This document shows positions 54,519 to 64,000 of a DNA stretch of 64,000 nt, piece after piece. The translations under genes and the position numbers were made by a program. Numbering within the stretch: the first letter of the stretch is position 1; each line of letters begins with the position of its first letter. Origin of the DNA: Octopus sinensis. Its lineage: Eukaryota. The stretch is taken from NCBI RefSeq assembly GCF_006345805.1, contig NC_043008.1:28892001-28956000 (forward strand), read 5' to 3'. Under the pieces are notes generated by a model, which searched no databases, had not been told where the DNA came from, and saw only the letters and a program-made list of their open reading frames with translations.

Positions 54519-56504
54519 ACAATTATAAAATTCATAGGGTACTCTATGAATAAATGGCAAACAGTCCTACACCTCCAAACAAAAGAGGGACTCATGAAAA
54601 CCAAAGCCATCCCCATTAGAAGAGGAATATTCCAGGGAGACACGCTCTCTCCACTCCTTTTCTACTTGGCACTGTCACCTCTATTCTGATATGGTAAATA
54701 GAACTGGATGCAGATATAAATGTTACGGCAAAACGATCAGTCACATTTTATATATGGATGACCTAAAACTATACGCTGCAAATGACAAACAGCTGGAAAC
54801 ACTATTAAAGACAGTTCATGGATTTACCAAAGAAATAGATATGAAATTTGGATTAGAAATATGCGCCAAAGTCACCATGAAAAGAGGAAAACTAGTTAAG
54901 AGTAGCAACATCACACTAGATAAAACCAATGAAATAAAAGTATTAGACCAAAGCCAAATTTACAAATACTTAGGAATCCATGAACGAGATAAGACACAAC
55001 ACACACAAATGAAAGAGAAAATAAAAAAGAATATTATAGACGAGTTAGATCAATACTAAAAACAGAGCTCAATGCTAAAAACAAGATAATAAAAGTATTA
55101 ACACTTTAGCTGTCCCAGTTATAAGTTACAGCTACAATATACTTAACTGGACACTAAATGAACTGACCAAAATAGATAGGAAAACAAGAAAAATAATGAC
55201 AGAATCTAGGATGCTTCACCCAAAATCTGACATAGAAAGACTATTTATACAACGTATAGAAGGTGGTAGAGGCCTTATACAGCTAGAAAACTACTATAAA
55301 ATAACCACCATAGGACTGCAAAAATATCTACTTCAGAAGAAAGGAAAACTGATACAAATAGCGGCAAAACACGAGCAAAACAAAAAACTGTTCTCGGTAT
55401 TTAAGGAAGCTGACAAATACAAACAAGAAATCATTACAACTAATAAATATGAAGAAGAAGAAGAAGAAGAAGAAGAAGAAGAAGAAGAAGAAGAAGAAGA
55501 AGAAGAAGAAGAAGAAGAAGAAGAAGAAGAAGAAGAAGAAGAAGAAGAAGAAGAAGAAGAAGAAGAAGAAGAAGAAGAAGAGGAGGATGAAGAAACAACA
55601 AAAGCTATAAAACAAATGAAATCCAAACTAAAAATAGAACAGCAACGAACCACGATAAAACGATGGCAAGAAAAGCCCCTTCATGGTAAATACTGGACTA
55701 AACTAAACGCAAACGAAATAGACAGAGAAAAATCCCAGCAATGGTTGAGAAGCTCAGGACTCAAATGAGAGACAGCGGGATTTTTAATTGCAGCACAAGA
55801 CCAAAGCCTCCCCACCAGAAATTACCAAAAACATGTAATGAAAAGAAATATAACAAGTAACTGCAGGATATGTGGAGATGGACAAGAAACAATAAATCAT
55901 ATTATCTCTGGCTGTCCAGTCCTGGCTAAGAAGGAATATATTCTCAGACATGACAGAGTTGGAACCTACATACATTGGAAGCTATGCCAACATTATGGAA
56001 TAACAACATAAGAAAGATGGTATAGGCACACACCAGAAAAGGTCACAGAAAACGAGAAAGCAACCATACTCTGGGATATGCCGATACACAGAGATAGAGA
56101 AATTAAGGTCAACAGACCAGATATAGTTGTCAGAGATCATAAAGAAACAAAATGCTTTCTAATTGATGTATCAATACCGGCAGATGACAACGTGTCTGTA
56201 AAAGAAATGGAGAAACTCTGAAAATAAAAAGACCTGGAAATAGAGGTAACCAGAATGTGGAATCTTTAAACAGAAACAATTCCTATCATAGTGGGTGCAT
56301 TAGGCATGTTAAAAAAATATTCAGACAAATACATAACAAAAACATCAGGACTTACGAACACATATAACATACAGAAAATTGCACTACTAGGCACTGCACA
56401 CATCCTACCATCAGAGCATCACAACAAATTACAGCACATACCTAAGGTACACAGAGCTGCGCTCGGTAGTGAAGTGAAAGCACGCTATAAAAATAAAACT
56501 ACTG
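54519..56504 (+). mobile_element. 5'-truncated R4/Dong-clade non-LTR retrotransposon (RT + CCHC + restriction-like endonuclease)
   Basis: RRGIFQGDTLSPLLF; LYMDDLKLY; YKYLG; EGGRGL; AAQDQSL; CRICGDGQETINHIISGC; RHDRV; NRPDIVV..LIDVSIP; (TAA)n on both sides. Confidence 0.92.
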
Positions 56505-56523
56505 AATAATAATAATAATAATG

Positions 56524-56565
<42 letters not shown>

Positions 56566-58150
56566 TTAATAATATTAATTATAATAATGATAATATTAAT
56601 AATAATAATAATAATAACATTAATATAAACAATAATAATAATAATATCAATAATATAAATGATAATAATTAAAATGTTGAAAGTGAGGAACTAAAGAAAA
56701 TATTTGTAACAAACAACCCTTACATACATAACAATATATTTATAGATAAGGGTAATAACATTAATGCTAGTAATAGCTCTAATAAGGAAAATGAAAACAG
56801 CTTGTTTCTAAATAATACTAATATCAGGAATCATCCCCCCAGTTGTAATTGTAGAATTAGATTAAGTTGTCCTGTATCTGGTAGGTGTTTGGTTCAAAAT
56901 ATAATTTATCAATGTACAATAATGACTTTAGATAATAGCTATCTTTATTTCTGATCTTCGATAGACCTGAAGAAATGTTTGAACAATCATTTTTCAAATT
57001 TTAGGCATAAACATAAGGCGAGTTGCACAACGCTGTCCATTAAAATTGGGAATTGAAAGAAAAAATATGGAATTTAACCTAAAATGAGATATAATATGAA
57101 AGCCACAGACTTATGAATATAGTAGGGATGGATGTGAACTTTGTTCTATGGAGAAATATGAAAGTTTGAAACATAGGTATAATATAAATTTATTGAATAG
57201 CTGTTCTGAACTAGGAACATCCTGCATACATTTTGCCACCTTAATATTTTGTAACAAATAAGGAATTAATATACCATACTAGCTTTTATTTAACTTGCAT
57301 AGATTATTAAGAAATTTTATAATATAAATAATTTGAATAAAGTGAAATTAGAATCTTTTGATATATTCCTATATAGGATTGCATAAATTCTATATATCTA
57401 GTGTATTTTTTAGTTCACCTTGATTACTTTCCTTCCCCTTATATTTGAATATATCTTATAGACTCCTGATATATGTGCTAATTGATAAATTGTTTTTACA
57501 GTTAATAAATATTTTGTCTAGCATATTTTAATATAGCTCATTAATAAAATAATTCACTATTTACTAGCTATGAATCTATATTAATAGAAATTGATATATA
57601 TATATTTATATAAATAGGAAATGATTTCTATATTTTCTATCACTATATAAGATACTAAAATTTATTGGAATCCTTCGGTAAAACTATCTAAAGGATATTT
57701 ATTTAAAATTCACAAGCGAAATTATAGCTGTTAAATGGTAGAGAACATTAGAAATCTCTAGATCATTAGTAGTCTCTATTCTCCCTACCCCACTAGCTTC
57801 AGCCTACTAACTTTAGCTAAAATACATTCAAATGCGCTTAAGTTATATTCCTGAAAATGGGTTGGATTTATGACTTCGACATTTGTACTACCCCTTCCTC
57901 TATCTATAAATAGAAAACATTCTTGTTTGTCTCCATTGAACCAAATAAAGAAAACCCCTCCCCATTGATAAATATAAATAACAAAGTGAACTCAGTGATA
58001 AAAAATCTACAGATGGAGAAGGACCTTCTACTACCATGTTCATAATGATGAAATTAACCTCTCTGTCTATATATCCACCATGTTTATAATGTTAGCAAAT
58101 GAAATAAACATAAAAATGTGCATTTTCCATTAAATTAAAAAAATTCTATA

Positions 58151-58209
58151 TGTGGCTGAAGATTGCTCTACATTTTAAAATTGATGTAGCATGAAACGAT
58201 TGTACTACA
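58151..58209 (+). ncRNA. Type I hammerhead motif, canonical core, at the PLE 3' end
   Basis: tgtgg CTGAAGA t tgctctacat...atgtagca t GAAA c gatt g T A ctaca; GUA site at 58204. Confidence 0.72.
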
Positions 58210-58362
58210 CTACATTAGATATCGTTGTTGCTTATTTTGATTATAATCACCCCATTTGATTTATATGGATAATACTATCTCAAATTCTGGTGCATTTAAC
58301 TTAAGAAACATATCCATCTGAATCTAAATTTTGCTGAACTATATATATATACATACATACAT

Positions 58363-58445
<83 letters not shown>

Positions 58446-58539
58446 TCGAATGCAGCGGAGTGTCAACTCAAAACGAGGCGACGTGTGAAATACTGCTGGA
58501 CATTACAGTGCTAATGATATATTAACAATATTAGTAATA

Positions 58540-59693
58540 TCAGACTGAGTAAAAAAATAAGCAACGTTTTGAAACATGAAATTCATCAAAATATATTTCA
58601 ACAATGCGGAAATTTTATTCATCAATACATTTTGCCAACAATCGATATATTTTGCCAACACTTTTATCTATCTTGTTCTGTAAAGCTGGAGTTCTTAAGC
58701 TGATCAACTCTTCGAACGCACGTTCAGCATCGGATTGGTTTTTGAACTTCTCATGCAGAAAACCATCAAGCTTCTTGAAAAAGTGATAGTCAGTCGGAGA
58801 AATATTTTGGGAATAAGCTGATGGGGAAGAACTTCGTATCCACGTTCCCTCAAATTCTGGAGATTCATTAGTGAAATATATGGTCGAGCATTGTCATGAA
58901 GAATGATTAGCACTCTTCTGTTGACCAGCCTAGGATGGAGTGGTAGCGGGTTTTCGTTCATTTTGGCAATTTCATGGCAATATGTTCTGCAGCAATGTTT
59001 TTTCTGGCTTTTCAGAATCCAACTGTATACCACCAAACATTCACCATAACCTGCTTTTTGAAGAACTCAGGTTTAGAAAAGATTTTCAGTGCTTCATTTT
59101 GGTCCAAACACTTTTCATCGCAATTTACAATGCGATCGAGATCTCTACCGTCTGGTTACAAAGAAAAAGCGACGCGCAAATTTCATATCTGCGCATATTC
59201 TGATTTTCATTCAAATCGTTTGGTACACATTTGACGCGCGGTTTTGATTTTCCGATCGCATGCAAATGGTTGCATGCGGTTTTCTAGCTACTTCGATGCT
59301 CTTTTGTCAGTGCTCGCGTGGTTTAACGTGGATCTTTCTCAATGACGGTCTGCAATTTACCGTTATCGATGACATATGACCATCTACTACGCTCGCGATC
59401 TTCGAGGTTCACGTCTCATGGTCATTTCCTCATCAAACTTTTCGTTGATATCACGAGTAGTTTCAGCTGTTTTACGTCTTTTTAAAGTTTAATATCATGC
59501 TTTGTCAGTTCATTTCAGCTTATTGTAACAACAGTGAAAAATATATCAATGTTAATTTATTGATGTATTTGGGCAAGTCTGTCTGTATTATCAGACAATT
59601 GCAAAAATGTATTTATATGTGTTTAAGACTCTCCTAAAGTCCAGTACAAATTCTTCATGGTTCAAAATGGTGCTTACTTTTTAATCAACCTGA
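58540..59693 (-). mobile_element. mariner transposon, near full length, decayed
   Basis: TA-flanked TIRs tcagactgagtaaaaaaataagc / gcttactttttaatcaacctga; LHDNARPY; RGYEVLPH. Confidence 0.88.
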
Positions 59694-60739
59694 TAAGTAT
59701 TGGATGTAATTTACAACTATTTTAATGCATCACTACAAGAAGCGATCAATGATGAACATGATCTACCCGATGTTCATGGATACTACGGACTGTAGTATCC
59801 CAGTAATACGGGTTATAATCTTAAGAAATACATGATTTGTGGAAACACGCATTAAAATATTTACAAATTCCAACCAAGGTTTATTGCCATTATTACTATA
59901 TTTCCCTTTATTATATCGGGAAACCTCAGTACGACCTAAAAAAAACTGGTATTGCCAGTTGGTGTCATCAGACTATATAGCCAGCATAATAGAATAGCTT
60001 TTCTATGTATATTTAAAATGTATACAAATACACAAACACACTCACACACACATACACACACCCGCGCACACACGCACACACGCACACACGCACATACATA
60101 CGCAAACACACACACATACATACATACATATATATGTGTGTGTTTGTGTGTGTATAACATATATATATATATATATATATAATATCATAGAGGTTTATAA
60201 TTTATTAAATTTATTTCATTTACAGTTTAAGTTAATATTAATAATTTTTCTAACCGATCTTAGACTTTGATAAATAACGATGTTTATATTGTTTGGCGTG
60301 ATTGGCACCATAATTCACTCTCTCGTATTTAAAATTATTTAGTCATGTTGTTCCGAGTTAAAAGTATGTTAATAGCTTGGAAAACATCTCAGCGTTTAAT
60401 CCACTATGCATTATTTTGCGTATGCATAACATCAGATTTTAGACTAGTAGTCAAAAAGTAAAGTCTCGTGTTTGTGTGTGTGTATGTTTTGTGTATGTGC
60501 GTGTGAGTGCGCGCGCACAATATCCTGATTAAACTTCCAGAAAAGTATTTAGTATTCATTTAATACATACAGAATAAATGCGGAAATGAATAGATTTGTA
60601 AACATTCTATGGTTTTGCCCCGAAGAAGTGTTTTCGCTGAAAAATCACCATTCACGTAATGTTGCATTATACGGCATAAAAAAATTTAAAATATGTGAAT
60701 ATTTCAACATAACATTGCAAACTAGGATTAACAAGAAAG

Positions 60740-60950
60740 GTTGGTCTCAAATTTTGGCACAACGCCAGGAATTTCAGGCAAGTATTTAAGTTGATTACAT
60801 CGACCCAGTATTCAACTGGTACCTATTTTATCGATTATGAAGAATGAATGTCAAAGATAACGTTGGTAGCATTAGAACTCACAAGGTCTAACAGAAAGAA
60901 ACGCGGTTAAGTTCATATCGAATGCACTAAGGGTTCTGGTGGTTCACCCT
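60740..60950 (-). mobile_element. SINE (aggcggc-head family), decayed
   Basis: aaattttggcacaa...gattacatcgaccccagt-like block...ggtacctattttatcga. Confidence 0.7.
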
Positions 60951-61159
60951 TACTAAGGAAATATTAATTAACTAGCATACGCGTATAGTCTGAAACAGGA
61001 GAGAGCATTAATAAATGTCAGCAATCTATTAAATATATGCACAGAAGAACCAGATACAATCAGAGCGTCTCGGTTGAAAATATCGCCCACATCATGCATG
61101 TAAGCGTATGCACACACACATACAAACATACCCCATGCACAGTTATACCTCTATATAAC

Positions 61160-61218
<59 letters not shown>

Positions 61219-61276
61219 TAAATATTTATAGGCATGCATGATTTTATATATACATATACATACATACATACACACA

Positions 61277-61710
<434 letters not shown>

Positions 61711-62141
61711 AGAACAATACTAACCGTTCAATTAACACCAATAACCCCCATCCATCCCTTACACCATTCACATTACAATTATAACCTAATTGCACCAAAT
61801 CCAGAACTACTTACCTCCATTTCAAATAATCTTTTTTCTCAGGAACTATAAGACCTGACACCGTTCATTAATCTGTGGGCATTCAAAGCAATGAATAGTT
61901 GTATTCAAAGCAATGATTAGTAACTTACGAAACCGATACGTTTGAATCTCTTTAATAATTTCAGAATAACGACGTTTATTACTTTTATTCCTACCTCAGT
62001 TCATCTAATTGTATATATCTTTCGCTACTTTTCATAAAAATCCTTGACTTTTTTTGAGTTACAATGTGCATTTTCGTTTATTTTTCTTACTTTCCCCATT
62101 ACGTTTCCACGTGTAGTTTCTATTTTCACTTTATGACTTAT

Positions 62142-62192
<51 letters not shown>

Positions 62193-62481
62193 TGTGTGTG
62201 TATTTTTTCAATATGTAGAAGTAACACGGAAAAAATAAATAAAGAGTTACCAGGATAGGAAAAGTTCACATAAGTGCCAAGGATGTTATAGCCTACTTAC
62301 AAAGGTAGAAGTTACAGGGTTTCTTGAAACGTTTTTGAATGACACAGATAAAAAAGAAATGGAGTTGAACGCAGGTTTTATAAAAATATTATTTGAATAA
62401 CACCTGCGTTTACTTCCATTTCTTAATTTACATATACACACACACATATATATATATGTGTGTGTGTGTTGAGCGTGTATG

Positions 62482-62519
<38 letters not shown>

Positions 62520-62529
62520 TTTTGGTGGA

Positions 62530-63330
62530 GTTGTTATAGATCATGTAATGGAAGCCGCAACACATAGAAATGATGGAATTAGCATATAAGAGTCACATAA
62601 GTAGGTATATCGCGCATTTGGAGATTCTATTGTTGTCTTTGCTTCTAGCATCATAGAAACACAAGACTACTTCGATCTTGTCATGAGAGAAGTATTCTCT
62701 GTGGTAGAAATAAACGAATCGAAGGCAGAGTACATCGCCATTAATATAAACACAAACGAAACAACAGGTGTCCTGGCATATCGAAAGCAATTATCCAGGG
62801 TTGATAATACACTCACGACTGTAACTGATCGCATAATTCAAACAAATGACATCATAGACAAAATTAAAGTGGCATGTGGAGTAATGTCACAACTTCAATA
62901 ATTCTGGTCATTTGGCATCAACCTAACAACCAAGATAATGATAGATAAAACTCTATGTCTTCCGATTTTTATATATGAATGCGAGGCGTGGGTATAAAAC
63001 CGAATCGGAAAATGGCCATGGCGAACACTTTTCAAGGAAGAAACCTGAGGAAAATTTACCAGATATCATATGACGACCAATTTTCCAACTATGCATTTTA
63101 CAAAATTGTTGACGAAAAGCAAATGAACACAGGAATAAAGGAACGCCGGCTGAGATGGATTGGTCACTAACTGCAACACTCACCCAACGAATGCACTGAA
63201 CAGTTCCTGCTGTTTAACATCCCGCAAAATGAAAACCGCGAACAAAAAGGACTTATCACCGTATAATTCGTGCAGACTGCGGGATCTCAGTCAATGAAGT
63301 AATTCTAGCTACTGAAGTTTGAAATGAGTT
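62530..63330 (+). mobile_element. Old RTE-like LINE fragment
   Basis: EINESKAEY; LPIFIYECEAW; IKERRLRWIGH. Confidence 0.7.
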
Positions 63331-63431
63331 AAAAGCCTTAATAAACCTTCTGCCAATGACTTGACTACACATATTTTTCCCTATTATATTTCTTTGTTAA
63401 ATTTTGAATAATGAATATCAGTTGATTAATG

Positions 63432-63500
<69 letters not shown>

Positions 63501-64000
63501 TATGTAGGTGAATGAATTATCCCAGTATGGATACTTCGGTTAACCGATACCCGGGTAGCAAATTCGCGTCAGAAAACACGGTTGAAGCTACATGCCAAGG
63601 GCAGACTTCCCGTGTTCTCGTGTAGAAATTTGTGTGTTTTCTTTTGACTATGAATAAATGAAAGAATGGAGTCGAACGACGATTTTAACAACATTCCTTT
63701 ACTCTCGACATATGTTTCGAAGACTGCATATTCTTAATTCCGAAGGAATAAAGGGTGCATTATGCCACCTTCTCAGTAGGAAATACAAGGAACCTAAGTC
63801 AGCATCATGACGAACAGAAACATTTAGATGACTGCCCACATGGTGTCCACAGTGATAATGGGTGTTTCTTTAAAATATTCCGTTATAAGCAATGACGTCA
63901 ACATTGGTTGGATGGAGAAGGTTCTAAAAAGTTCAAGAGTTCAAATTTGGTTGGAAGGAGAAAGTTCTAAGAATAGGAAGGTGACAAAGTGCAAGTTGTA

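Larger units (their letters stand above)
52381..58240 (+). mobile_element. Penelope-like element with a 5' inverted copy of its 3' end, interrupted by a LINE
   Basis: ADKTGNLY; PTKSDSGRLSK; FIQFDINNYY; FDIPMGS; GLYGNDA at 53465; YPYRK; NHP; resumes at about 56670 with CNCRIRLSCPVSGRCLVQNIIYQ and CELCSMEK; 52381-52815 is an inverted homologue of about 57830-58240. Confidence 0.88.

Noticed and set aside
59764-59812. Perfect 9-bp hairpin ggatactac/gtagtatcc inside a cccg/cggg stem
   Set aside because: No CTRR at Helitron spacing, no HHR core and no second copy in the window.

Overview
AT-rich, repeat-saturated eukaryotic DNA. It is inferred to be an Octopus-like cephalopod genome from the tRNA-derived SINE families and very abundant (TA)n/(CA)n/(TAA)n tracts; this comes from my recollection of those families, not from a database search. 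I can support no host protein-coding gene, rRNA, true tRNA or CRISPR array, and most ORFs in the track are microsatellite translations. The window holds: a decayed Helitron with intact canonical ends (22267-27777); non-autonomous Helitrons; seven Tc1/mariner relics; several Penelope-like elements (PLEs, RT plus GIY-YIG); an R4/Dong LINE nested in one PLE; CR1 and RTE fragments; an ORF1-only Tx1/L1-like element inserted into a SINE head with a 15-bp target-site duplication; and many SINEs. The most interesting layer does not appear in the ORF track. At least eight minimal type I hammerhead-ribozyme-like motifs (HHR) can be read by eye, plus several decayed ones. Some have canonical cores and others have G3:C8, U4C or A6U variants. 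Most sit inside fold-back or tandem non-coding repeat units, and one follows a tRNA-like Pol III head. All alignments and foldings were done by eye, so internal boundaries are approximate unless a motif is quoted.
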